Origin: an uncultured Planctomycetia bacterium | GTDB lineage: Bacteria > Omnitrophota > Gorgyraeia > Tantalellales > Tantalellaceae | Direction of reading: 5' to 3' | DNA length: 64,000 nt | Assembly: GCA_964572255.1 (NCBI GenBank) | Contig: CAZNEE010000005.1 | Coordinates: 24,720 to 88,719, forward strand | Shown: in pieces, positions 1 through 9,235 of the stretch | Numbering within the stretch: the first letter of the stretch is position 1 | How the letters are laid out: every line of letters starts with the position of its first letter | Notes under the pieces: generated by a model | Seen by the model: the letters and a program-made list of their open reading frames with translations, nothing else | What the model was told of the DNA's origin: nothing | The model's database searches: none | Position numbers and translations under genes: made by a program

Positions 1-1584
1 GTATTCCTCGAAAATCTGTATTATTTCATCGTATTCCAATTCTTCGCGTTCCAAAAGCTCTTTCGAAAACCTGTCGAGAACTTTCTTTTTTGCAGTTAAA
101 GTTTTTTCCACTTCTTTCATGCACTCATTCATTATCGAATTGGTGTCTTTATTAAGTGTTACTTTTATTTCCTCGGCAAGTTCTTCTTTGGGTACAGCAG
201 TATAATCGCCTACATACCCCGATTCCCCCATGCCGATCTGCCAAACCATGCCATGAGCTACCTTCATAGCTTTTTGAAAATCGCTTGAAACGCCTGTTGT
301 GGTTGTCCCGAATCTTATTTTTTCAGCCACATACCCTCCGAGAGAGATCATTATATCCGACATGAGCTGCTCTTTGCTTCTGTTATGAAGTTCTTCTTTC
401 TCGGGCGACCACACTACGCCTAACGTGCCCCTTCTCGGGATAATGCTCGCCTTGAAAACCGACTTTGAAGGCGCTTTCAGGAAAGTCACTATCAAGTGCC
501 CCGACTCATGATATGCTGTCATCTCTTTCTCTCCGGGCGTAACAGACAAGCGATGTTTTATCCCCAGATCCACGCGTTCAAACGCTTCGCTTATCTCTTT
601 CTGCCCTATTGCTTTCTTCTTATTTCTTGTTGCTATCAAAGCGGATTCTTTGACTATGTTCGCTATATCTGCGGGGCTTTTCCCAACCGCTCTTCGTGCG
701 AGCCTCCCCAGATCCAGCCCTTTTTCAGCTTTGACTTTGTTAAGATAAAACTTAAAAAGTTCCTCCCTGTCTTCTTGCGAAGGATTTGTGACGATGATCT
801 TTCTGTCAAACCGGCCCGGCCTAAGCAAAGCTTGGTCAAGATGTTCTTCAGGAGCATTGGTAGCTCCTATTACGACAATGTTCGATTCTTTTCCTTTAAG
901 GCCGTCCATTTCAGCAAGAACCTGGTTAAGTGTGCTATTGGTCTCCTGGCCGCCCATGAAACTGAATGTCCTCGACCTGCCGATAGCATCGATCTCGTCG
1001 ATAAAAAGTATGCATCCGCCGTATCCATATGCCAGATCACGCGCTTTTTTAAAGAGTTTCCGGACACGCGAAGCCCCGACTCCTACAAAAACTTCCACGA
1101 ATTCGCTGCCCGACATGGAAATAAAAGGCATGTCGGCTTCCGTGGCGATAGCTTTTGCCATGTATGTCTTCCCGCATCCCGGAGGTCCTAACATGAGAAG
1201 GCCTTTTACGACACTCCCCCCCATTTTTGTTACTCTCGCCCTATCCTTAATAAGCTGTACCACTTCGTTGGCTTCCTGCTTCGCTTCCTTCATCCCTATA
1301 ACGTCATCCCAAGTAATAGAAACGTCTTTACCTTTTATCGGAGCTTTATCCAGTTTTGCGAAACCGCCTCGCATGAACGTAAGATACATAAATACAAATA
1401 TCCCGGCGTGTATACCGGCCATGATAAACTGCACCGGCATCGTTGCAAGGGTCATTTTCCGGTAAAAAGATTCCAGAGACATCAGTCCTATCACCGAAAG
1501 TATTACAAGTATTACAACAACCGCGACAAGAATAACGATCGTTCTGTATTGCCTGAAGAACATACCGATTTTTCTGCTGATCAT
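1..1584 (-). CDS. ftsH: FtsH-like ATP-dependent zinc metalloprotease (AAA+ plus peptidase M41); 3' end runs off the window
   Basis: Not in the ORF track; translated by hand from ATG 1584 (SD GAGGAG). MISRKIG start, two hydrophobic N-terminal segments, Walker A GPPGCGKT, pore loop FVG, Walker B FIDEID, SRH ATN...LLRPGRFDR, zinc motif HESGH, GVSSD. Frame stays open to position 1. Confidence 0.92.
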   Translation of the reverse strand, partial: MISRKIGMFFRQYRTIVILVAVVVILVILSVIGLMSLESFYRKMTLATMPVQFIMAGIHAGIFVFMYLTFMRGGFAKLDKAPIKGKDVSITWDDVIGMKEAKQEANEVVQLIKDRARVTKMGGSVVKGLLMLGPPGCGKTYMAKAIATEADMPFISMSGSEFVEVFVGVGASRVRKLFKKARDLAYGYGGCILFIDEIDAIGRSRTFSFMGGQETNSTLNQVLAEMDGLKGKESNIVVIGATNAPEEHLDQALLRPGRFDRKIIVTNPSQEDREELFKFYLNKVKAEKGLDLGRLARRAVGKSPADIANIVKESALIATRNKKKAIGQKEISEAFERVDLGIKHRLSVTPGEKEMTAYHESGHLIVTFLKAPSKSVFKASIIPRRGTLGVVWSPEKEELHNRSKEQLMSDIMISLGGYVAEKIRFGTTTTGVSSDFQKAMKVAHGMVWQIGMGESGYVGDYTAVPKEELAEEIKVTLNKDTNSIMNECMKEVEKTLTAKKKVLDRFSKELLEREELEYDEIIQIFEEY

Positions 1585-1596
1585 GATAGATCTCCT

Positions 1597-2436
1597 CTAC
1601 TTTAAAACTTTTTCCTGCTCTTCCAGTTCGGCTAAAGCTTTTTCCAGTTCATCTTTCTTGGGCGCTATGCCATGCCATTGGACTTTATTTTCAACAAAGG
1701 ATACCCCTTTGCCTTTAACCGTATGAGCGATTATAACCTGCGGTTTATCTTTTATCGACTGCGCTTGGTCAAACGCTTTATCGAGCGATTGGAAATCATG
1801 CCCGTCCGCTTCAATGGCATGCCATCCGAAATTTTCCCATTTTTTTCTGTAAGCTCCCTGCTCTTTTACTTCACAGCACCATCCGTCTATCTGCATCTTA
1901 TTAAAATCGATTATTCCGCAAAGGTTATCAAGTTTATAATGCGCGGCCGTCGCGGCTGCTTCCCACACTTGTCCCTCGTTTGTCTCACCATCACCCATAA
2001 GACAATATACACGTGATTTTATTTTATCCATCTTATCGGAAATCGCAAAACCTACAGCCACTGAAAGCCCCTGGCCGAGAGAACCGCTGGAGGTCTCAAT
2101 GCCCGGCAAACCCAGTTGAGGATGTCCTTGAAGGCGCGAACCGAGTTTCCTCAAGGTCCACAATTCTTCCCGCGGGAAAAACCCTTGATCTGCCAGAACC
2201 GCATACAAAGCAGGGCACCCGTGTCCCTTGGAAAGAATAAACTTATCGCGTTCTTTCCAATCGTGTTTTTTAGGATCGAACTTCATCTTTTGATAGTATA
2301 AAAAAACCAGTATTTCAACAATAGATAGCGACCCTCCGGTATGCCCGCTGCCCGCTTTCTCCAGCATCACGAGAATGTCTTTGCGCACGTCAATAGCTTT
2401 TCTTTTTAATTCCGTTACCTCTTTTATCTTCTTCAT
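1597..2436 (-). CDS. Transketolase, N-terminal (TPP-binding) subunit of a split enzyme
   Basis: SGHTGGSLS, LSKGH, LQGHP, GSLGQG and TPP motif GDGE...N. Confidence 0.92.
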   Translation of the reverse strand: MKKIKEVTELKRKAIDVRKDILVMLEKAGSGHTGGSLSIVEILVFLYYQKMKFDPKKHDWKERDKFILSKGHGCPALYAVLADQGFFPREELWTLRKLGSRLQGHPQLGLPGIETSSGSLGQGLSVAVGFAISDKMDKIKSRVYCLMGDGETNEGQVWEAAATAAHYKLDNLCGIIDFNKMQIDGWCCEVKEQGAYRKKWENFGWHAIEADGHDFQSLDKAFDQAQSIKDKPQVIIAHTVKGKGVSFVENKVQWHGIAPKKDELEKALAELEEQEKVLK

Positions 2437-2442
2437 CAGTTC

Positions 2443-3963
2443 TCACCTGTTTCTTCTGATCTTTTTTATTAAACTTTTATTTCCCGGATCGAGTTCCAGA
2501 GCTTTCTCCCATTCCTCGTAAGCTTTTTCCCCTTCCCCGATCGCCTGATAAGTATCTCCAAGATGTTCCCGCACGATCGGATCGTCAGGCATCAATTCAA
2601 CAGCTCGTTTCAGTTCATTAAGAGCTTCATTATACATCCCTTTTTTAAAATACGCCCAGCCGAGACTATCGACATAAGCCCCGTTGTCAGGATCTTTCTC
2701 TAACGCCTTTTGTATAAGCATTACAGCGCGGTCAAGATCTTTGTTTTCTTCTATATATAAATATCCGAGGTAGTTATACGCTTCAGGTAATTTATCTGTC
2801 TCTGAAACAAGTTTCTCCAGAATCCCTATGGCTTTTCCCCGCTCCCCTGACCTTTCAAGGGCCGAAGCCAGATAAAAAAGATATAAATTATTTTCAGGCT
2901 CTTTATCAACGGCGATCCTGTAATATTCAACCGCCTTCGGGTAATCCTTCTCTATCACCGCTAAATACCCTAATCCCGCGTAAACAAACGGGCCCGATAT
3001 GCCGTTCTTCAAAGCTTCAAGCAGAATGGTTTCAGCTTCAGCGTATCTTCTCTCGGCAATATAGATACTGAAGGCCCTGAGATACGGCGCGGGAAAATTT
3101 ACGTCCAGCCGCATCAAGATCCGGTTTTGCTCGATAGCTTTTTCAGTTTCACCTAACTTGTAATATAGCTGCCCTAATCTTATATAAGCTTCTCTATTCA
3201 GAGGATCGACTTCCGCGATTTTCTCATACTGTTTGATCGCTTCCTCGAAATCCCCTTCTATCTCAAAGATAAAACCCAATACCATCTGAGCTTCAAGAAA
3301 GCTCTTATCCTGTTCTATGGCTTTCTGCAGGTTTTCTTTAGCTTTATCAAGATCTTGTAATTTACTGTATATAAGCCCAAGGTTAAAATAAAGAAACGCA
3401 TCGTTTCTTCTTATGCTTAAGATCTTCTCATAAACTTCAGCAGCTTTATCAAGTTTGCGCTGGATAATAAAGAGGTCCGCCAGAAAAGTCAGCACCTTAA
3501 GGTTTTCCGGATCGTGCTTAAGAGCCTCTTCGTATAATTCCTGGGCTTTCTCGTAATTACCCTGGGCAGTATTCACCACCGCCAGAAGGCCGTATGGCGT
3601 GACATTTTCGGGATCTATCTCAAGTGCCCTGTTCAAAGAACTGATCGCATTGTCGACATCGCCTTTTATAAGCAGATCCGCTCCGAGCCTGGCATGAATC
3701 TCACTTACATTCTCATCAAAGGAAACAGCTTTTTCGTACTCCGATATGGCCCGGGAGGTTTCTCCGAAATTATCGTAAATAGAGCCCATCACATAATGAG
3801 CAAGCGTATTTGATTGTGTTTTTACCGCAGGATCTTCCGCAATGGTTTTATCGATCTTTTCTCCTTCCAGTGCCGAAAGGGAAAGCGCTCCGATAGGATT
3901 ATTGCACAAAAGAAAACCAAGAAAAATAACAGCACAAAAGGAAGCAATACGTAAAATCGTCAT
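2443..3963 (-). CDS. Exported tetratricopeptide-repeat protein
   Basis: N-terminal signal-like segment, many TPRs, C-terminal NYLGY...DSLGWAYF...EHLGD pattern. Confidence 0.88.
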   Translation of the reverse strand: MTILRIASFCAVIFLGFLLCNNPIGALSLSALEGEKIDKTIAEDPAVKTQSNTLAHYVMGSIYDNFGETSRAISEYEKAVSFDENVSEIHARLGADLLIKGDVDNAISSLNRALEIDPENVTPYGLLAVVNTAQGNYEKAQELYEEALKHDPENLKVLTFLADLFIIQRKLDKAAEVYEKILSIRRNDAFLYFNLGLIYSKLQDLDKAKENLQKAIEQDKSFLEAQMVLGFIFEIEGDFEEAIKQYEKIAEVDPLNREAYIRLGQLYYKLGETEKAIEQNRILMRLDVNFPAPYLRAFSIYIAERRYAEAETILLEALKNGISGPFVYAGLGYLAVIEKDYPKAVEYYRIAVDKEPENNLYLFYLASALERSGERGKAIGILEKLVSETDKLPEAYNYLGYLYIEENKDLDRAVMLIQKALEKDPDNGAYVDSLGWAYFKKGMYNEALNELKRAVELMPDDPIVREHLGDTYQAIGEGEKAYEEWEKALELDPGNKSLIKKIRRNR

Positions 3964-4055
3964 CTATCCCTCTTTTTGTGGCGGTCTCTTCTCATCCGTT
4001 TTTTTCTCTTGTGTCTTTTAACTTTTTTTATCTTTCTTTTCTTGCCGCAAGGCAT
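3960..4055 (-). CDS. Small basic bS22/AURKAIP1-COX24-like ribosomal peptide (31 aa)
   Basis: Hand-translated MPCGKKRKIKKVKRHKRKKRMRRDRHKKRDR; strong SD AAGGAGGTGA; stop overlaps the TPR gene start (ATGA). Confidence 0.8.
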   Translation of the reverse strand: MPCGKKRKIKKVKRHKRKKRMRRDRHKKRDR

Positions 4056-4073
4056 GTTCTTTTGTCACCTCCT

Positions 4074-4952
4074 TCAATATATTACCTTATTCAGCGGATA
4101 CTCGATGATCCCTTGTGCACCTGCTGCTTTAAGTTTCGGTATTAATCGCTTCACATCTTCCTCGTCTATGATAGTTTCTATGTCAACCCATTGGGCCCCA
4201 AAAAGCTGGGAAATAGTCGGGTTTTTCATGGAAGGCAGGATCCGAACTATTTTTTCCACATCCTTTTTCTTGGCGTTCATTTTGAGCCCGACTTTTCCTT
4301 CGGCCAATAATGCCCCTTTCAGCAGGAGCACGATCTGGTCGATCTTTTTTCTTTTCCGGGGATTCTTCCAGGCTGCGTCATTTGCGATAAACTGTGTAGT
4401 GGATTCGCAGATCGTTTCAATAATTCTTAGATCATTCGCTTTTAAACTTGATCCGGTTTCGGTAACCTCGACTATAGCGTCAACTCCAAGCTTTGGTTTG
4501 ATCTCCGTGGCGCCCCAGCTAAACTCAACTTCAGCGTTTACTTTTTTCTTCTTAAGATATTTTTTTGTGACTTTAACAAGTTCAGTAGCGATCCGTTTCC
4601 CTTTAAGGTCCTTGACGTTTCTTATCTTCGAGGAATTAGGCGCTGCGAGCACCCATCTGACAGGCCTCATGCTTTGTTTGGCATAAACCAGTTCCGCTAT
4701 TCTTTTTACCTTTGAGCCGTTCTCTTCTATCCAGTCATTCCCGGTTATGCCGCAATCGATCGTCCCGTCTTCCACATAACGCGACATTTCCTGGGCACGA
4801 AAAAGCACTACTTCGATCTGGTCGTCATCTATGGACGGAAAATAAGACCTGGCCGATGCCCTGATCTTAAACCCGGCCTTCTCGAATATTTTTATGGTAG
4901 TTTCCTGCAAACTGCCTTTTGGGATACCAAGTTTTAATTTATTCTTTTCCAT
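4074..4952 (-). CDS. hisG: ATP phosphoribosyltransferase, long form
   Basis: IPKGSL, GITGND, GATE, ETGSSL motifs plus C-terminal regulatory domain. Confidence 0.95.
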   Translation of the reverse strand: MEKNKLKLGIPKGSLQETTIKIFEKAGFKIRASARSYFPSIDDDQIEVVLFRAQEMSRYVEDGTIDCGITGNDWIEENGSKVKRIAELVYAKQSMRPVRWVLAAPNSSKIRNVKDLKGKRIATELVKVTKKYLKKKKVNAEVEFSWGATEIKPKLGVDAIVEVTETGSSLKANDLRIIETICESTTQFIANDAAWKNPRKRKKIDQIVLLLKGALLAEGKVGLKMNAKKKDVEKIVRILPSMKNPTISQLFGAQWVDIETIIDEEDVKRLIPKLKAAGAQGIIEYPLNKVIY

Positions 4953-5055
4953 TATCCCGTCCTTTTAAATATTAATCAGAGATAAAGACACTCCACCCTT
5001 TTAGCTATTTATCAGCATAAGTATAACTTTACAGCTAACATATAATAACGGTGTA

Positions 5056-5084
5056 ATTGTATATCAATACTATATTATAGTCAA
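5056..5084 (-). promoter_or_regulatory. Sigma70-type promoter for hisG
   Basis: TTGACT-17 nt-TACAAT on the minus strand. Confidence 0.6.
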
Positions 5085-5161
5085 TAAAGAAAGCCCTTTT
5101 GCGGGCCCTGCCGCTCTTTGCCGAAGCTGTTTATACTGTTTTTCGTAAAGACTTTTAATCA

Positions 5162-5548
5162 TTATTTTTTGGTGATTTTCGGGGCGTATTGTTCCTTGCC
5201 CCTAAGGTACCTTACGATGAGAATATATGATACGACTGTAGCGCTTATTGCCACAATGAAGCTCGTGACAGGGTTTTGGGTAAGATGATAATACGCAACA
5301 ATAGATGCCACGAAAGCAACTAAGGGTATGCCGTACAAAAAACAAAACACTTTCATCATCGAAGAGGAATCTATCTCTATTTCCACCTTATCCCCCTCTT
5401 GCAATTTAAGCGCGTTCTCGCCGTAGATCGTAAATTGCCTTGGCCCGGATGCTCCGCAAGATCTGCAGTCCTTACACTCCTTCCCCGGCACCGTCTGAAT
5501 GAGCGCTTTATTCTCCTCTTTTTTGATTACTATCCCTTTTTCTTTCAT
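5162..5548 (-). CDS. RseC/MucC family (SoxR-reducing system) membrane protein
   Basis: MKEKGIV start, CxxCxxC cluster, GDKVEI, LYGIPL and two transmembrane helices. Confidence 0.8.
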   Translation of the reverse strand: MKEKGIVIKKEENKALIQTVPGKECKDCRSCGASGPRQFTIYGENALKLQEGDKVEIEIDSSSMMKVFCFLYGIPLVAFVASIVAYYHLTQNPVTSFIVAISATVVSYILIVRYLRGKEQYAPKITKK

Positions 5549-5574
5549 TATCCTGCTCTTTGTTATTTGAAAAT

Positions 5575-6573
5575 TTAACTGACTCTTATTTTATCGATCT
5601 TTTCTCTTCCTATAGGTTTTGCCTCCATAAGCTCTTTTTTTTTGCTGTTTTTCCAAAACTCGACTTTAATCTCGGGCTGTTTTTTTGCTTTGGAGTGGCT
5701 TATTACTAGTTCTGCTGCTTTTCCGATGTTTTCTTTTGTTGTCTTCCCCCTCAAAAGCCCGTAAGGCCCGGCCTCGTCCTTTAATCTTAAAATGATATCT
5801 TTTTTCTTTTTTAGAGAAACAATTTTTTTGTTATCTTCCTCATCACGCCCGATGATCACTCTAGTGGAATCATCCAGCCGGAAATGCCTTCCATATTTTA
5901 ATAATGTGATATTATCCTCTGAGAGCTCATCTCTTTTAATGAGATCTTTGACCTTCTTCGCAAAGGAAGGATATGTCAATAAACATCCTCCTGCCGGCGT
6001 GAAATATTTGTTTATTCCGTATTTTTTCGCAAGAGCAAGCTGTTTTTTTCTTGATCTTCCCTCTATGGCTAAAAGTTTTTCCCTTTTAACTATCCCTTTT
6101 TTCTCGGGTTCCGTTACATCCAATAGCTTCGCCGATAAAGGACGTAAAAGATGTCCCCCGAGCGAAGACTTTTTCTTTATTATGTTAAGCGCGTCCTTTC
6201 TTTGTGACATGGGCCTTTCTCCGAGGACTTCGCCAGTGATCACAAAATCGGCCTTTTTTTCTTCCATGACCCTCTTTGCCTCTTTAAGCATTAATATTTT
6301 ACAGTCGATACATGGATTTATATTGGCGCCGTATCCATAATGCGGATCTTTTAGAACAAGTAAGAATTTCTTTGATATATCTATTATCTTTACGGAAACT
6401 CCTATGTCTTTAGCGGATTCTTTTATCCTCTTTGTAAAAATTTCAGGGTCCCTCGACGCTGCTGACATGACAAATGCAACGCCAATAACATCAATGTTCT
6501 GCTCCATCATGATTTTTGCGGCAAGGAGGCTATCCAGTCCGCCTGATATGAGAGCAACTGCTTTATGCTTCAT
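5575..6573 (-). CDS. ThiI/MnmA-like PP-loop tRNA thiolation protein (DUF814-associated type)
   Basis: SGGLDS PP-loop, NPCIDC, TGEVLGERPMSQ, PAGGCLLT, GRHFR; probable start MKHKAV at 6573. Confidence 0.8.
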   Translation of the reverse strand: MKHKAVALISGGLDSLLAAKIMMEQNIDVIGVAFVMSAASRDPEIFTKRIKESAKDIGVSVKIIDISKKFLLVLKDPHYGYGANINPCIDCKILMLKEAKRVMEEKKADFVITGEVLGERPMSQRKDALNIIKKKSSLGGHLLRPLSAKLLDVTEPEKKGIVKREKLLAIEGRSRKKQLALAKKYGINKYFTPAGGCLLTYPSFAKKVKDLIKRDELSEDNITLLKYGRHFRLDDSTRVIIGRDEEDNKKIVSLKKKKDIILRLKDEAGPYGLLRGKTTKENIGKAAELVISHSKAKKQPEIKVEFWKNSKKKELMEAKPIGREKIDKIRVS

Positions 6574-7891
6574 GGTCCGTTTTCTTGAGTTTCTCCAGCC
6601 AGTCCTTGATCCTTTTCTCAAAACCGATCTCTGTCGGATAATAAAAAGTTTTTTTCTTCCTCATGTAATCCTGCTTAACGTAATGCCCTTCATATGAATG
6701 AGCGTATTTGTAATCATCGCCTCTTCCCAATTTCTTCGCACCCGGATAATTGGCGTCCTTTAGATGGTCCGGCACTTCCTGTGTTCTTTCTTCCGAAACT
6801 TCTTTTATGGCGGATTCAACAGCCATGTAAGCAGCATTGCTTTTCGGGGCGCAAGCTACATATATCGTTGCCTGGGCCAGAGGTATCCTTGCTTCGGGAA
6901 AACCGACAAAATCAGCCGCCTGCATTGCGGCGTTAGCGACAACAAGCGCCTGCGGATCAGCATTGCCGACATCCTCCGATGCGCATATGACAAGGCGCCT
7001 TGCAATGAATCTGGGGTCTTCGCCCGCTACAACCATTTTTGCAAGCCAGTAAAGCGCCGCATCCGGGTCGGAACCTCTCATGCTTTTTATATAAGCACTC
7101 GCGACATCATAATGAGCGTCGCCGTCTCTATCGTAAACTATGGCTTTTTTCTGGATGGATTCTTCGGCTTCTTTTAAAGTGATATTGATCTCTCCGCCTT
7201 TTCCCGGTTTAGTTGTAAGAGCGGCTACTTCCAACGCATTCAATGCTTTTCTCCCGTCGCCATCCGAAAGCTTAGCCAGATGCTGCAAGGCCTTTTCTTC
7301 TATTTTGATTTTTTTGTTCCCTACCCCATTTTCTTCATCTTTTAAGGCTCTCTCTAACATTAAAAATATATCTTTTTGACCCAGAGGTTTAAACTCAAAG
7401 ATCTGGCTTCTTGAAATAAGCGCTGAATTCACCGAAAAGAAAGGGTTTTCGGTTGTTGTCCCGATAAGGATGATATTGCCGTCTTCAACATCAGGCATCA
7501 AGACATCCTGCTGGGCTTTGTTGAACCGGTGGATCTCGTCCAGAAGAAGTATGGTTCTTTGTCCGTTCAAAAGTTTTTGTTTTTTTGCGGCTTCTATGAC
7601 TTCTCTGGTCTCTTTTACATTGCTTGATACGGCATTCTTTTTTACAAAACGTGATCCGGTCCTTTTGGATATGACAGTCGCGAGAGCGGTTTTTCCTATG
7701 CCCGGCGGGCCGTAAAAAATAAGCGAACTTATCCTGTCCGCCTCGATCGCCCTGCGCAGGAGTTTTCCTTCTCCGAGAATATGTTCCTGCCCGTAGAAAT
7801 CTTCCAGCCTTTGCGGGCACATCTTCGCCGCTAAAGGCATCTTTTTAGTATTGTGTGTTTCTTTTTCAAATAGATCCATTTTTGTAATCAT
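6563..7891 (-). CDS. rarA: Replication-associated recombination protein A (MgsA)
   Basis: GPPGIGKT, DEIHRFNKAQQD, KSMRGSDPDAA, SEDVGNADP; alternative start at 7879. Confidence 0.95.
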   Translation of the reverse strand: MITKMDLFEKETHNTKKMPLAAKMCPQRLEDFYGQEHILGEGKLLRRAIEADRISSLIFYGPPGIGKTALATVISKRTGSRFVKKNAVSSNVKETREVIEAAKKQKLLNGQRTILLLDEIHRFNKAQQDVLMPDVEDGNIILIGTTTENPFFSVNSALISRSQIFEFKPLGQKDIFLMLERALKDEENGVGNKKIKIEEKALQHLAKLSDGDGRKALNALEVAALTTKPGKGGEINITLKEAEESIQKKAIVYDRDGDAHYDVASAYIKSMRGSDPDAALYWLAKMVVAGEDPRFIARRLVICASEDVGNADPQALVVANAAMQAADFVGFPEARIPLAQATIYVACAPKSNAAYMAVESAIKEVSEERTQEVPDHLKDANYPGAKKLGRGDDYKYAHSYEGHYVKQDYMRKKKTFYYPTEIGFEKRIKDWLEKLKKTDHEA

Positions 7892-7903
7892 CTTTTCTAA
7901 GTT

Positions 7904-7933
7904 AAAAGGGGCCGGAGTGAATCCGACCCCTTT
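7904..7933 (-). terminator. Intrinsic terminator after 6S RNA
   Basis: GGGGTCGGA-TTCAC-TCCGGCCCC followed by TTTT. Confidence 0.75.
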
Positions 7934-7934
7934 A

Positions 7935-8092
7935 TCCCCATCAAACCGTGAACAAGCGGAGAATTATTGGGCCTGGTAATCCAGGTGGGCACCCTCCTGA
8001 TATCCCCAAGGGAACATCAGAGCTAGGCTCCCAATATTTTGGTGTTGGCCAAAATTCTCTTGTGCCCGTTTACACGCATCCGACAGGGTCTA
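7935..8092 (-). ncRNA. ssrS: 6S RNA; ends approximate
   Basis: Minus strand can form a long rod (5' CCCTGTCGGA...GAGAATT pairing with AATTCTC...TTTGATGGGG 3') and carries the conserved GGGAGCC and GTGCCCACCTG elements; extended -10 promoter upstream, terminator downstream, rarA adjacent. Confidence 0.8.
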
Positions 8093-8099
8093 CAACTTT

Positions 8100-8108
8100 A
8101 TTATATCA
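8100..8108 (-). promoter_or_regulatory. Extended -10 promoter of 6S RNA
   Basis: TGATATAAT about 8 nt upstream of the RNA 5' end. Confidence 0.6.
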
Positions 8109-8167
8109 CTTTTCCACATCATGGAGAACTAAATTAAAATCATTTAGAACAAAAGGGTTAATTATAA

Positions 8168-9205
8168 TTAAAAAAAAATTTTTAACAAGCCTAAGATCCC
8201 CTGCTTCCACGGTACTCGATGGGAAATGCCTGTTTGGTTTTCAAAATTTTTCAGGTTTTCCAAATACCATTTAAAATTTCTTATAAGAGCGTCTTTATTG
8301 GAATGCTTTGGATCAAACCCGAGGACCTTTTCTGCTTTCTCGATCGAAACAAAAGAGTCTTCGCAGGCGGTCTCATAAACCCATTTGTAGAGCGGGGAAA
8401 GACGGAAAAACTCCAATATTCTCAAAGCCGTTATGGCGGGCCAAGCGGGAAAAGGCACGATTCTCTTTCCAAATCCGGCCTCATCAAGAACGGCCTGGTA
8501 ATCTTCTTTCATGGTAGTGAATTCTTTGGCGCCGATATTAAATGTATCGTTAACGATCCTTTTCTCTTTTGTCGCGCATAGATATATCGATTCCGAAAGG
8601 TCTTCGACATCTAAAAGCTGGTATCTGTTATTGCCGCTTCCTATCATGGGGAAATTTTTCCCATCTTTTGCCCAGTCATATAATAATGCGAATACCCCTA
8701 ATCTTTCCGGGCCAATAAAAGATTTGGGTCTTATTATCGGCACGCACATGCCTTTTTCCCGGTACTCCAGGCATACTTCTTCCGCCATAATTTTTGCTTC
8801 CCCGTAAGGGCCAACCCCATCCAGTTTATCATCTTCATAAAGCGGATGATGATCCGGGATGCCGTATACTGCTGTTGAAGAAACATGTATAAAACGATCA
8901 ACATTATTTTTATATGCTTCTTCCAATAAATTTTTCGTACCCTCAACATCGGTCGAAAAAATATCTTTCCTATTATATAAAGGAAGAGCCGCGGCGGTAT
9001 GTACCACAAGATCTACGTCTTTCATTGCCTGAATAGCCGCGTTCTTGTCTCTAATATCTCCTTTAATGAATTCAATCTTGTTCCTTTCAGGATAATCAAA
9101 GTCTGCCAGATCAAGGACTACAATATCATCTATCCCTTTAGTGAAAAAATGCCTGATAAGATTGACGCCTAAAAACCCTGATCCGCCGGTAATTAAAACT
9201 TTCAT
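8168..9205 (-). CDS. NAD-dependent epimerase/dehydratase (extended SDR)
   Basis: TGGSGFLG, SSTAVYG, YGEAK (YxxxK). Confidence 0.88.
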   Translation of the reverse strand: MKVLITGGSGFLGVNLIRHFFTKGIDDIVVLDLADFDYPERNKIEFIKGDIRDKNAAIQAMKDVDLVVHTAAALPLYNRKDIFSTDVEGTKNLLEEAYKNNVDRFIHVSSTAVYGIPDHHPLYEDDKLDGVGPYGEAKIMAEEVCLEYREKGMCVPIIRPKSFIGPERLGVFALLYDWAKDGKNFPMIGSGNNRYQLLDVEDLSESIYLCATKEKRIVNDTFNIGAKEFTTMKEDYQAVLDEAGFGKRIVPFPAWPAITALRILEFFRLSPLYKWVYETACEDSFVSIEKAEKVLGFDPKHSNKDALIRNFKWYLENLKNFENQTGISHRVPWKQGILGLLKIFF

Positions 9206-9235
9206 AAATAGAAATTATTCCTTTCTTTTGTTTCC

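Noticed and set aside
663-857. Possible frameshift in ftsH suggested by the short ORF ending KAPQI
   Set aside because: Manual translation shows the FtsH frame reads through as AVGKSPADIANIV; the short ORF is another frame.
496-1605. Plus-strand ORFs of 231, 225 and 65 aa
   Set aside because: Antisense shadows of the minus-strand FtsH-like gene.
4953-5050. His leader peptide or attenuator upstream of hisG
   Set aside because: The only short ORF noted (MLAVKLYLC) has no His codons and no terminator hairpin is evident.
7948-8274. 108-aa plus-strand ORF
   Set aside because: Antisense to the 6S RNA and the epimerase end; no protein features.
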